DNA of 64,000 nucleotides from Pecten maximus (Eukaryota): contig NC_047030.1 in assembly GCF_902652985.1 (NCBI RefSeq), positions 6,014,001 through 6,078,000 on the forward strand. The letters run 5' to 3'. Position numbers and translations under genes: made by a program. A model generated the notes under the pieces. It was given only the letters and a program-made list of their open reading frames with translations, ran no database searches and had not been told where the DNA came from. Shown piece after piece: positions 13,801 through 26,238 of the stretch; within the stretch, counting starts at the first letter, position 1, and each line of letters opens with the position of its first letter.

Positions 13801-16800
13801 TTTTACTAGCTAGCAAGGTGTATTTACTTATCACTGAATACACGACAATCACAGTGGTAACACTCGCGTCAATATTGGTGTAATATACATGGCTTTTTAT
13901 TTTCAAATCACTCTACAGGTAATCGGCTTTCTCTTCAACACAATGTCGATTGCATAACTATTCACCTATGTATGACGTGGATGATTAACTATTGTAAATT
14001 TAAATCACATACGAAACCTTCCACTTACACCTGTATAAATTTAAACATGAAACCTGTTAAGTGAATTCTAAAAGTATGGATTCATATTCTCAGTTACAGT
14101 GTAGGAAGTTGTGACATTAGTTAAGCTTTTACTCGGATCGTTTGTATTTGTCCAAGTTAGATTTATAGTTTGATTCACAGTGCTCACACGGAGGGCCGAT
14201 TTTAATGTGATTATACCATTAATTTTATTATCCACAAGACTATATTCCTTAAGTAATAGCTAAAGTAGAAGTTTTATTGCCGTGTTTCATGGTTTATTTT
14301 ATTGGTTTAAATGTCGTGTCACATCAGCATATTTCACAATGCTTTACTTTCCTTTACAAAAGTTTCACTTCTTTATCTTTAGATATCAGACCACAATGCT
14401 GCAGTTTTATGTAAATTTTATTAATATGCACTTTGAGAAATATGAAATAAATAAAAGGAATAAACAAACATAAATGAGCGCAAAATGGGTTGCATATATT
14501 CAATGTTTAGGGGTTCATCGTCCTCGTAACTGCCAGGGTCATATTAGGAATGGACATATAGTTAAATAACAAACTAATACATAAGGCGACCAAGAATAAA
14601 AAGATAGATAACAGAATTTATAATCATTTAAATAACAACGTATTGATAATATTCTGTAGCCTCTGTCCATCTTTATTATATATTAATATAGTACGAGCCA
14701 TTTAAGGAAAATGGTAAATAATTCAAATCTACTCAAGTCTTCAGTTTGAAGCATTTTCAAATCTTTCAGATCATTTTATTATTTTCCAAAGCAAATACAA
14801 TGTCTCTCGTTTAAAATGTTTCTTACTTTTGCCATGTATAAGCACTATAAATAACAATTTATCATTGTATTAGAACTGAGATAACCGTAATATATTACTA
14901 TAATATGTTACTGTTTTATTACGGTTGTAATATTTCTTTCATAACACATTGAGTTTCATCAACGATCTCTACCGGATTTATTTAGTCCGACAAATGACCA
15001 CTTGTCGTGCCGAGGGACATTTTCTTGATACTTGTAACAACGGACCATTGCTCTCGGACGGGAGACCATCAGATATAATCTTTGTACAAGCTTGTCTGTC
15101 AGATTATCACTGATTTATCTCAAGAGAGACCATATATCACTATATTGCTTTCAAAGGGTCGTCCCAGGATCAGCAAATCTCTGCCGGTGTAGCCCTGTGT
15201 CCGGCCCCTCTTCAGACTGAGGGTCTACCTCGACTATAAGTAACAACCTCAGTTACAGTGTAAATCATACTTTGTGTTATCATAATCCTGACAAATCTTT
15301 CTTTTTATCGAAATAATGATTATTAATACATATCTTGATTTATTCTACTTTTTCCCGAAGGATTGTTCCGCTTCAATGGTTAATGCTATATTTACCATGC
15401 ACGTCATTTACACTTGATTTCTTTAAGACAGATTCATCTTTAATAGCTTTGTGTTTGTACCTACATCTTTACGATACACTGATTTGTTGGGTCATTGTAT
15501 TTGTGTGATCATACATTTTATATGTCTAGTTATATTTCGTACGGACTTTACACATCAGTAAATCATTCAGTGAGTTGTTAATCAATATGTCATTGGATAT
15601 ATACCTGTTGTTCATATTTTGTACGTTTTTTAGTTAGTGTATGCTTAAATGATATGCAAGATTTAAATAATAATTCCTACCTTGGAAGGCAGACAAAAAG
15701 ATTTCAAAAAGAACAGGCATTTTCGAATTAAAAACACGAGACTTAAGGGACTAGAACCTTTTAGGAAGGTTGAAGTAGGCGGAAGGCCTCCATCTTTGTC
15801 ATATTTGGCTGCTTACAAGTATCAATGCAATTATTGTACTTTTAATGCACTGTGTCGTGACGTTATTGTATTGAGTGTTCCCTGTCTCAATTCTAGACAA
15901 GGAATAGCTCACGGCGATATTCGGCCTTTCGTTGATATTAACATACAGCTGTTTAATTGTATTTTCAAATACCAGAGAGCGGTACTTATTTTGTCCAAAT
16001 ATGCCGTTAACACGTGACTTTTTGTGTTGCCAGGTTGCTCCTGAGTTGGGACGATTGTTCGCCACATATCAGTTGATTCCGTCTTTTAAGCTCTCAGAGA
16101 GGCACCACTGCTATGTTGACTCTCTCAATGGAGTTGATGAACTTCCGGAACCAAGGCCGCCATCTTTACTCAAGGACGCCATCTTTGATCCGAAACGGTA
16201 CTCTGATGTAGACAGAAGGGCCGTTCAGGTATAATGAAATTGTTCATGTCCAGTTTGCTCGTATTATTCTTATCAAATTGTTCTATAAATCTGGTTCGTG
16301 TGATGTGTTGTATATCTGGGAGCTTCCATGTTGATCACAATCGTTGATTAACTTCTATAATTCCTTATCTTTATTCCAATATCAGCACTTTGAATACATA
16401 ATCTGGTCAATTCCTTTCTATTATCAAAAACTTGTCTTCTTATCCATAAAATCTACCTCTGTAATGATATGATTTTCAAACATCTGAACGCTTAATTCAA
16501 ATGAATGCGAAACATTGTTGCCAACCAACCAAAACTCTGAACTTTTTTAACGAGATCCATCCAAAAAGGTGAAACGAATGATGTGGTTTATGTCAAATGT
16601 TCTTCATATGTAGAATGCAAGAAACTTCTTAGTTAAGAAGACCATGTCTTCTTCTGCTTCTAATACTATCTTCATTTTTATTTTATTGATTTCAGGCTCC
16701 TTCCAAGTTGCTCAAGCAGCCATTATCTGTGTTGGTTGAATATCTGACAGAAGGATATGAAGACGATATGTCGAAACTACGCGCCATCTACCGGTGGGTG

Positions 16801-19800
16801 ACAGCACAGCCTATCGACCAATTGAGCATAGATAAGAAGGAACCTCCCCACTCACACACACAGTTCCAGCTATGGCGTATAAAACATCGCAAGGGAAACT
16901 ATGCCCAGCTTGTCAGTCTCCTCTGCAGGTAAGAGGCGCAGCATCCACGGGGTACACAACACATAATTTATCTGTCTAACATTGGAGACAATTTGGCTTA
17001 TCTTCATTGGCAGACATGATACATATGAAATAGTAACACAACTGACGAAGAAAGACAACTTTATGACTCGTGCCCTGACCGGGCCTCGAACTCACGATCT
17101 ACGGCACCCAATCGCCTAGCCAGAAATACCCGCAGCTTATACCGCTGCTCTTAAAAAGAACGTTTCAATAGCGCAGTGATGGGCGGCCCGATATCCTGAC
17201 ATGATTATATTGAAAGTCGTTTATTAGATGGTATGAATACCTGGATCGCAATGTATTTACATACATGGATGGATATTATAAATATTAATCACAGTACAAC
17301 TACGACAGGAAATCCAAATCTTTATCCTCGGAACATAGTGCATATGATACATGAAGTTGTCTTCCTTCGTCAGTTGTGTTACTATGTTATATATCAAATA
17401 AATAGCACAATGTATCATATGCACTCTGTGTATATCACGTCACCGAGTATTTGATATTTTAACGTAACTCTCATTTTAACATATTTTCATTGTTTTAAGA
17501 ACATCCAAAACATAATTTAAACAATATTTCAAAACATTGCTACTTTTCTTTTTCAGATTTGCACAAATCCCCTGTGTGATAATTCACGGGAAGTTAAAGG
17601 GGTCTACGTACGAAGTCGGAGAGAAGATGGATGACGAACAGCATTATGGGGAGTGGAATGCCGTTCTCATGAATGGAGATTGGCGATTCATTAACGCTTA
17701 CTGGGGCACGTGCGCTGAGGGTGGAGTCGAGGACACTAAATGGGAAGTGGTTGACAGAGGAGGTGGGGAGGATGTGAAAGGAGATCAAATCAGCAAACAG
17801 CTTTTCTATTCTTGTGACGAAAACTACTTTTTGACAGATCCCGATCAAATGGCAAGTACCCATCTCCCTCAGGATCCAATATGGCAGCTAAAAGATATGC
17901 CAGTGACGGAAGAAAACTTTGAGGAAAGAGCATTTCTAAAGGACAGATATTTCAATTTGAAGCTTAAACTGATATCCCCACAAAAATGTGTTGTGCACGC
18001 GACAGGAGAATTCGAGATCAAATTTGAACTGCCCGAAGATAAATATATGAACATGGATTTTCAGTACCTAATGTTTAGACTGAAACGAACCTCTGCTCAA
18101 GGATCCTTACACAGGTAAGTTGACAAGATACTTATTTCACAAAAGTATGAACCAAGAATACACAATGTCTTATTGACACTCTTACTGGATATAATTATAT
18201 ATATTATTCTACACTGCATTGCTTACACAGTTAAATTGATGCATCTACGACGAGTCAGCGTAAATGTCTTATCTTTAGTGTGTAAATAAAAAAAATCAAT
18301 ATATGAAAACTTTATGTGAGAAGTATTAAGATGGTTAAGTGTGATGTTTTACGAATTTGAATACATCGGAAGAATCCTCGGCACTTTTTGTTATACGTAT
18401 AATATTGATGCGGATGTTTGTTTTAGATATGACCGGTACGTGTTCCTCCATAGAGTCAATGCCACACGTCTCGTCATCCGCATACGTTCTCCAGTCGCCG
18501 ACACCTTCCGGTTTGAATTAGTGGGCAAGGATGTAACGGTAGATGACCCTGCTTACGATTATGATTGGTTGACAATATTTAAAATCATATTCAATAGCGA
18601 GAAAGAGAACTGTGAACCTTTCCCGGAATGTCCAGTCATAGGCTGGGGACCAGGTCGAGACACAATTGAATGTGGACTGGCTCCTATGAGCCACTTTGGC
18701 GGTGAGATCCAGGCCAAAGACACCGGCGCGTTGGAAGTCAAATTCAGTCCAGTCGATGTAAAGGACTGGAGCACAAAGACAGTAAGGGCTGAACTAGTCA
18801 AAGGTGGAAACAACGCTGAAGACTTCTCAGACCATGTCGTACAAAGATACGAAAATGGTGACCTCATCTTCAACGTAAACACTCCACGTCAAGGAGAATA
18901 CGCTTTGAAGTTGTTTACAAAAGAAGATGGTGAGGAAATAGACAAAAACTTTTGCAATTATCTCGTGACGTCTAAACAAATAGGTGAGAATTTTGCATTC
19001 CCTCGTGGTTTCAATGAGAAACTTGGCCCCAAAAAGGGAGCAATGAAGGCAGGGATAAAGGCAATGTCTCATCCCTCGGGATTTATCCATTGTGAAGACG
19101 AAGAAATTGTGCTTGAATTCCAGAACGACAACAACATTGACCTTTCCCTGAATTTGTCGGGGAAAATGGTGCGGCCGGAAGTGGCCAAGAGACTAATTAA
19201 ACAAGAGCAAGATGGCAATGTTTGTCGATTTACTGTCCGTTTCCCCCAGAACGGCAATTACGGTCTAAGGCTCATGGGTAACACGGGAAAAGGTTTCCAA
19301 AGCCTGTACGACTATGTGGTTAAGTACAAGAAAAACCGAACAAAAAAGACACTCGTGGCGCCTGGAACGCAAACCCAGGTAGGCGGAACAACGGTCATCT
19401 CAGAAAGTGATAGACCACAGGCCAGTGGAATAGGAGACAAATCCCTGGGATCTCGTAAGTCCTGATTACTGTTATTAAGTTTAACATTAGATTACAGCAT
19501 GAAAAATTAACACTACGCACAGAGCTTGAATATAGATATATCGAAATGAAACAATGTATGAAACTTGACATGTTCGCTAGCTGCTCGTGGAAGAGCCCTC
19601 CCAAAAATATCGCAAACATGCATGTAGCACAAGCGCAAAATGACTTCGTATGCAGAATATAAGTCATCAGATCGCCATGAAGATCTGGTTGTGGAATTAT
19701 CTCATTCGGGTGTGATGTCTTTCGCCTTTTTCGAGAAGAGCAAAAGAATATAAAAATTCAGTCCTTTTCAAAAATAATCATCTTGATGTTTAGATATTGA

Positions 19801-22800
19801 TATATCCTCAAAAATTAAATTAAATCAAAAGGCACTCATTATCAGTCATTAAAGTAAATAAGAAATATCAACAGCTCGCATGCAAATGACTGCTCATATT
19901 TCAAAATTGTTGACTTCTTCTGAGTCACTTACAAAGTGCAACGTGAAATAACACACAGTTTGACCTTGAACTTCCAGAAAATCACAAGGCATTGTTTTTT
20001 TATTGTCATAGTGTGAGGATTAAACATAATTGTTTCTATTTATATATTATCGACAAAAGTCAATGTACATATGTACTTTATTTGCCTCATAAAAATTGTG
20101 CTAATCTTTCGACCGTTTCGCTCAATTCTTCTCTTTGTACTAACAAAATGTGATTATCAATCTGACATTTTCTCGTCTGTTGAAATTACATGTTTTTTAA
20201 TTTTGTTTTCATTTACTCTACAACAAAATGCATTCTAGCATTACGACTGACGCGTGTGTATACCTGTTTTCCGCGTTTCACTTGACAATAAGTGGTACCT
20301 AGCTGCACTGATGACAAATTAGTACGGCTTGTGTGAATCACTATACTTTTTTTGTGGCAAAACCTCAGACACATGTGGGATTTAAAATGCTCATTATTAG
20401 GAGATCGCATTTTAAACACTAATAGTGTTTTTTAAGATAGTTGGCAAACAAACTTGATTAAATGTTATAATACGAAAATTACACTATGCTGAAATTCCCT
20501 GGAATCTATAATAATGACACAATCCAGAGTGCTCAACTTGAATAGTGAAAATCAAAACTATAAATGTGATGAACTAAGCATAGGTTCAATTGATATAAAT
20601 ATCAAATATCCACGTTTTAAATGAAAAAGGGAATGTTTGCATTTCTAAGAAAACAATGAGAATCTAATTATCAATTCATGTTGACACAATCCCACTTTGT
20701 TGTAACAGCGGATTGAAGGCAAATAAGATTATTCCCAAAACTTCTATAGAAGTAAAGATGAATCTGGCTGCAAAGAGAGACTGACTTCCGTAAAAAATAT
20801 CTTTCAATGTGTATATATTTATCTTTTTTTCTGATAACAAAATGTTTTGTGAAATGGCAAATGTTCAACCAATGATGAAACATCTTTATTTTTTTCAAGA
20901 TGTGCCAAACCAGCTTCGTGAGCGGATCCGGAACGCAATCTATGAGCAGAACGATAAGGACTTGGAACAGGCAGTAATAGAGATGAAGGAACTGGGTCTA
21001 CCTACAACAAAGAATGATATAGAGGTGGCGGAAAAGGAACTGGAGTTCTTAAGATGCCGACGAGGTGAGGGGTCTATCAGGGTTTCACGTATAGCTCTAT
21101 ACAGTCATATTGACTCAATTAATCGCAATTGATTACTACATCAAAATATGCAATTGGTGAATATTTTGTTCTCAGCATCAAATACCACAGTGAATACTAG
21201 ATACATTGACAGTCATATTTCAAACCTCTCAAAATGTATTTGATTCATCTAAAATATTTGTTACAGTATTCCACCACATCACTTATATAGATAGATTGCT
21301 AATATCCAAATCAGCATGACTTCAATCGAAATAAATGTATTCCTTTGTTACATAAAGAGGAAAACGTAAATGCTGAACGACAAATGAATTATTGTAATCG
21401 GTCGTCTGATTTAATGTATTTTTTTACATATTCTGATCGATATTCTGCTTTTCTGCTGACTAAAGCAAATATGAACAATTTATACATAATTTAATAGAAC
21501 TGATTGAGGCGACAAACGAGAAGGACATAAATGTCATACGAGAGGCTCTGAAGAAGGTACGAGAGAAGCAGCTGGAAGACAGACTTGAACGGGAGGTCGT
21601 GAATGCACGCAGCATGCTCGAACGTATACGGAATATCAACAAGTAGTTATTTTTTATGTAGTCTTAGACCTTAAACACTTAATGTCATTTATAAAGACAT
21701 GTACAACCAAATTTTCAGAAGTTGGGTATTTTAATGATGTCAACAAGGAGTATTTTTGAATGAACGTGAAGCGAATCTGTAATTTTGTTTAAATACGACC
21801 TTTCATTCCTACTCTAATTTTTGTCATTACCAACCTCACGTATAATTGAGAACCATGATAAAACGATCTCTCAGTTTTTAACATGACAACAGAAATAAAT
21901 TACGTTAAATGTATTTATTACGTCTTAATTGATAAACTAGATCGTTAACCCGACTACTGCACAAAGACCAAGAAGAAAATCAGCACTACGCGTGTTGCAT
22001 GTCGATTAATTCTGATGAGTTGATATACATGTATTTACAAACCATTCGTCTTATAATAATTACAGACTTATCGTCTAGTAAAGCAGGCACGACCGATTTC
22101 AGTAAAATTCTATCTCTCCATTACATTTCCACGTAAAGTTCGAAGTTGCAATAAGATGTAATGTTTTTTCAGTCAGCTGCCGTTTAAACCTTTAATATGT
22201 AGATCTGTATGAATCAATGATTTAATCATTATGTGCCATTCGTTTTCAGGCTTCTACACGCTGTTCTCACACTTGACCAGAAGACAATTGGGGAAATCCG
22301 TTGCTATAATAATCCGCCTCCTGCAGTTCATAGAGTTATGATGTCAACTCTGCTTCTACTGGGACATTGGGAGGAGGAAACTGAGGTAGCTGATATTGAC
22401 AAAATATAATTTGTCTCGGAAATTAAGTAAAATATATTACTGCTTTGTTTACATATACAAACACTGGAATTAGTCCCTCAGCTGTCTCTGCTTTAAGGGG
22501 GAAACACCTTGAAGAATTGTACAAATTTTACCTTGCGTGATTGTACAAAATTTACCTTGAATAACTGTACACAATTTACATTGAAGGATTGTACAAAATT
22601 TACATTTAATAATTGTCCAAAATTTACATCGAAGAATTGTACAAAATTCACAAAGAAGAATTTTACAAAGTTTACTTTGAAAAATTGTACAAATTTCACC
22701 TGAAAGAATTGTACAAAACATACTTCATTCACGGTTTTTTTCCCCGAAAAAAGTATTCGTGTAATAGCGTCACAGAAGGCACTGTGTGACGTAATTGTGA

Positions 22801-23604
22801 CACAATTTTTAGTAAAATATTCATATGCATTGTTGATATGTCTGGTGTACTAGTGAGATGAAAATAACGCAAATATACATATTTTACTGATTTAATTTAT
22901 ATCATCAAAGGATTGGAAGAATGTACAGATAGCTCTGGGAAAGATGGGGAAAGAGGCTATTAAACGCAGGATACAGGAACTAGATGTGGACACTATCCCA
23001 TTGGATGTCGCCCTTGGGGCACGTGATCTGATACGAGACTTTTCATTGGACCAGGTCCGTATGGTCAGTGCAGGCGGTGCAACCTTCTACGTGTGGGTAA
23101 GTGACTCACTCAAATGGTACACTATTTTAGTAATTGGGGCCTACACTTCTGTAAAATATGTTTTTGCTTTTTGTTTTTTTGTTTTTTTTTTTTGTTTTTT
23201 TTTCTACGACACTTGTCATCTGTATTGATGAAGATTAGTAAGAATTATCAAAATTAGTAGAACTATCTTTGAACTAGTAGCAAGTGCATGTCAAATGTTT
23301 AATAATTCAATACTTTTATTCTCGGATCAGTGTTTCCTTATACTGTATTCATATATGAATGTTGTTGGTTCTATGAGTGATTCAGTATGCAAAATAAAGT
23401 GTATTAGTGATTAACATGCTGAAATGAATATTTAAGGATTCCTTTCAATCAAAGATAATGACGTAGCTGTTCTAACCCCATGGTTTACAGGTGAAAGGAC
23501 TGACGGAGGAGTTGGAGAAGAGGAACGCGGAAGTGATAGATACTGTAAGACCAAGAACATCTAATAGACGAAAACGGGAGCGGACCATGGTTCCGATTGA
23601 TTAA
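1773..23604 (+). CDS. KY/hillarin/LTD-1-like transglutaminase-family protein (probably catalytically inactive) with C-terminal coiled coil and dynein-MTBD-like domain; 10 exons, ~931 aa
   Basis: Exons 1773-1808, 16034-16228, 16696-16928, 17557-18114, 18427-19454, 20900-21064, 21498-21642, 22250-22385, 22911-23096, 23491-23604. All introns are GT-AG with compatible phases; the total is 2796 nt with no internal stop. Family motifs: RAIYRWV, KGNYAQLVSLLCRFAQIPCVIIHGKLKG, WNAVLMNGDWRFINAYWG, DENYFLTDPDQMASTHLP..WQL, then KY-type Ig-like repeats (P..GEYALKLF, FP..GNYGLRL). Exons 2-10 are well supported. Exon 1, across a 14-kb intron, is less certain. Confidence 0.85.
3243..4138. repeat. 30-bp minisatellite (~29 copies) in intron 1
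   Basis: Unit ctgagtactatcgaccatataatac(gaaat/aaaaa/taaag). Confidence 0.95.
5455..5750. repeat. 57-bp tandem repeat (~5 copies)
   Basis: Unit tttctctgtacttatgagacacacgtttgtttttatatttaattgtgtctgtatgag. Confidence 0.85.
6429..6568. repeat. 71-bp direct tandem duplication
   Basis: attgatgggagtgagattttctgtaggacacggataatgctcacgattcacaatagagaggtagtattg occurs twice. Confidence 0.9.
13222..13781. repeat. Diverged ~50-bp tandem repeat (~11 copies)
   Basis: Recurrent ctctacaattcgagtcgatctatggg...ttttactggttagttagctgg. Confidence 0.85.
16960..17150 (-). mobile_element. tRNA-derived SINE-like fragment in intron 3
   Basis: The minus strand shows a tRNA-like head, AGCAGCGGTATAAG...GTGAGTTCGAGGCCCGGTCAGGGCA (A-box-like and B-box GTTCGA), followed by a non-tRNA body. 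There is no full cloverleaf. Confidence 0.5.
17557..18114 (+). CDS. Exon 4 of the KY-like gene: transglutaminase-like core
   Basis: ttttcag acceptor and gtaagt donor; FAQIPCVIIHGKLKG, GEWNAV, WRFINAYWG and DENYFLTDP motifs. Confidence 0.9.
18427..19454 (+). CDS. Exon 5 of the KY-like gene: Ig-like beta repeats
   Basis: Long open frame (ORF 18341..19465) bounded by ttttag and gtaagt; repeated P..G.Y.L.L motifs and FPECPVIGWGP / FPRGFNEKLGP linkers. Confidence 0.9.
22509..22720. repeat. 24-bp minisatellite in intron 8
   Basis: Unit ttgaagaattgtacaaattttacc-like, ~9 copies. Confidence 0.85.
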
Positions 23605-25065
23605 CGTGATACTACCGAGAAGATTGAGCATTCTGAAGTAAAAAAGAGTTATGCCCCTTGGATTAAAACGAACAGTTATAACAATGCAGTGTTATGTCCC
23701 TTGGCGTGGGATTGATGTATCCCTTCATAAGAATATTGTATATGACCTAGAATTATGAAGATCCTGTTGCATAAGGAATCGCATATAAAGTTATATATTT
23801 ATGAGGATGTACAGAAATATTCATTGCACAAACATTTCATGTGATGCCCTGAAAAAAATCGAAATTAAACATCGTTGCTATTGCAATATACCGCACCAAG
23901 GCTGACAATGACGTTTCTAAATGTTATCGTAGCCTGAAATGTTGATTCGAAGCATACAAGAACAAAGTGCAAAAATTACGTGAGGACCGTTTGATTCAAT
24001 GGAAATAGCTGCACCTGTACTAATTACACTTGTTTAACGTGAAACATAGAATAGAGAGTGCACATCCTGACTGATGATGTGTATACCGGTCATCAACCAT
24101 AACATATATTATTTATATCATAGACCTGTAGTGCTTCCTCATTATTCGGGCTAATTACGACAGAGGCCTTCACACTCCTGACTTCAAACAGATACACACA
24201 TATTTATAAGATAAAAATGTTGTCAGGTAAATGTGCATAATATATGTGTTAATAACAATAGTCCTGTAACAAACAAAGCTAAGTAAATATAATAGTATCA
24301 ATAACAGCATTTAGAATTATATCCCTTGTTGTGTACATCCTGTTTAAGATGTCGCCACAGATCGTTCTAATTTCACAGTCATATTACATGACATTAACTG
24401 TGCATTGAAAACTACACTGCTGTGCTTAAGTTCTTTATTCCTTGCATTTTCATGTTTTTATATCTACTTAAGATTCAAAAACATACACCATTTCGTCATT
24501 TTTTTGTCCGTTTACGAAAAGCAAAAGCTAGAAAATCGGATGTTGAATAGAGAAAAGGGGTGGGTTAACATTATCATGGAAGCCAGGCGAATATAAATCC
24601 TTAAAATCCATTGTACGTTAAATTAAGTTAAGTTTCTTAGTGATTATGTAAAATCGAAATGTGTACACTGTGTTTGATAGCTAATTAATGTGATGTGACA
24701 AATGAAAAATGAATAAAATTAAAATGATCAATTTTAATACCATTTTGTGTCATTTCTGTTGCAATGGAGAGATTGTGACGATTGACTTCCTTTATATGCT
24801 GGACGAATGTATCAGTTGTGATGACACCTTTGTTGTTCGTGTTTCATTGTTAAGATGGCATTTTGATTACTTCAGCAGCCTTATATTATTAATCAGAAGT
24901 TGAAGCTGTCACATACAAAGTCATTCTTGTCATTCCGGTTATATGTATGGGGCAAAGAAGTAATTCTAACAGTGTGGACAATGAAAAATGTTTGTCTATA
25001 CAATTTGCCTATTTATCAAGACACAGCGAATACAAATACAATCAAATGATATATAAACAGTACTA

Positions 25066-26049
25066 AACAAGAAATGTCTTTAAAAAAGATAAACGGCATA
25101 GTTTTAATGCTGGTGGTTATAATGTAAAACTACTGGTGAAATAAATTAACGAACTACGATGTAATTAATAAATGCACAGTTTCAGCACGGATAACAAAAT
25201 TATATCAGTTTGAATCATTTTTGGTGATAATAAGACTACAAATGTGTCATTTGAATAGATGCATCCACTTATTCAGCTTGCATTCAATTTAAAAGGGACA
25301 TCACGGTAAAAACGTTGCAATTTTCACTGAATGTACGCGTTTTGTTCCTTTCCGGTTATGTTTCTGTGCTGTTCCAATGTTCACAGTCAATCCCTATGTC
25401 CAGCTTGACCACTCGATTTAGTTGGGAATCCCCCTCTAAATATAGCGAGGAAATTATTTTTAGATCATTACGTGACTGTTTTGAAATCGTGGCAACACAC
25501 ACACACGATAGTTTACAAGGCGATATCTATATTCCATCTGGGTTAGTTGGATAACGATATTATACACAGTGGTTTAAATGTTAAATAACACGTTCTGTAA
25601 ATGTTACGGCACACATATTTATGTGTTAATAAGTGTATAGTATAGTGACAGTAGCGATGTACTGGTACAGACTGTATTTGTGTAAATATTACCGAGATTA
25701 TCATGACCTACTATCAAACAATCAAGCAGAATACGAGCGGCGTCCGTATTACTGCTGTTTTCATGTTTGAACTGTTACAATCTATTGTACTACTTCCCAA
25801 GTTTAATTCTAGGATTGTGTTTGACCCATTTTCCTATTATTCTCTTCATTGCGGAAGCTGTTATAGTTTTCAACCGCAGCCGATTCACATTGGAAGCCAT
25901 TTTTGTTTCCGTATATGTCACAACATTTGCATATTCAGCATTTTGCATTGACCGCTACATTGACCAATCACATACTTCATCTTGACCAGAACGCCACCTG
26001 TCGCGTCATATCCGGGGCCAAAACCAAATTAGACGGCTATGCCGAATAA
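25066..26049 (-). mobile_element. Non-autonomous Helentron/HINE-like element
   Basis: The minus strand begins TTATTCGGCATAG and ends CTATGCCG (asymmetric subterminal inverted repeat), followed by a short hairpin TCTTT-TTT-AAAGA and TTCTTGTT. No ORF. Confidence 0.5.
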
Positions 26050-26196
26050 GTATATGTAACAGCTGCTACATCCTTTTATTTTGTATTATTCGTCTAACTG
26101 CAAATGATATAATGCAAAATATTGTGTTAATGACCCAAAGACATTGACACTGTTCAATACAAATTGAAAGTTAGAGCTAAAATCTTAATTAAACTA

Positions 26197-26238
26197 CATC
26201 ATACAATTGTTTCGTTCTTCTAGGACTCGTCAGTGATG
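26197..26238 (-). ncRNA. Minimal hammerhead ribozyme with intact catalytic core
   Basis: Minus strand reads CAUCA CUGACGA GUCC UAGAA GAAC GAAA C AAUU G UA/UGAUG. Stem I is CAUCA:UGAUG, the core is CUGANGA plus GAAA, stem III is the palindrome ACAAUUGU, and the cleavage triplet is GUA. Stem II has one mismatch. Confidence 0.7.

Noticed and set aside
17060-17150. tRNA gene
   Set aside because: Only A/B-box-like motifs are present, with no complete cloverleaf; better explained as a SINE head.
18559-19257. Minus-strand ORFs of 62-107 aa
   Set aside because: They are antisense shadows of coding exon 5.
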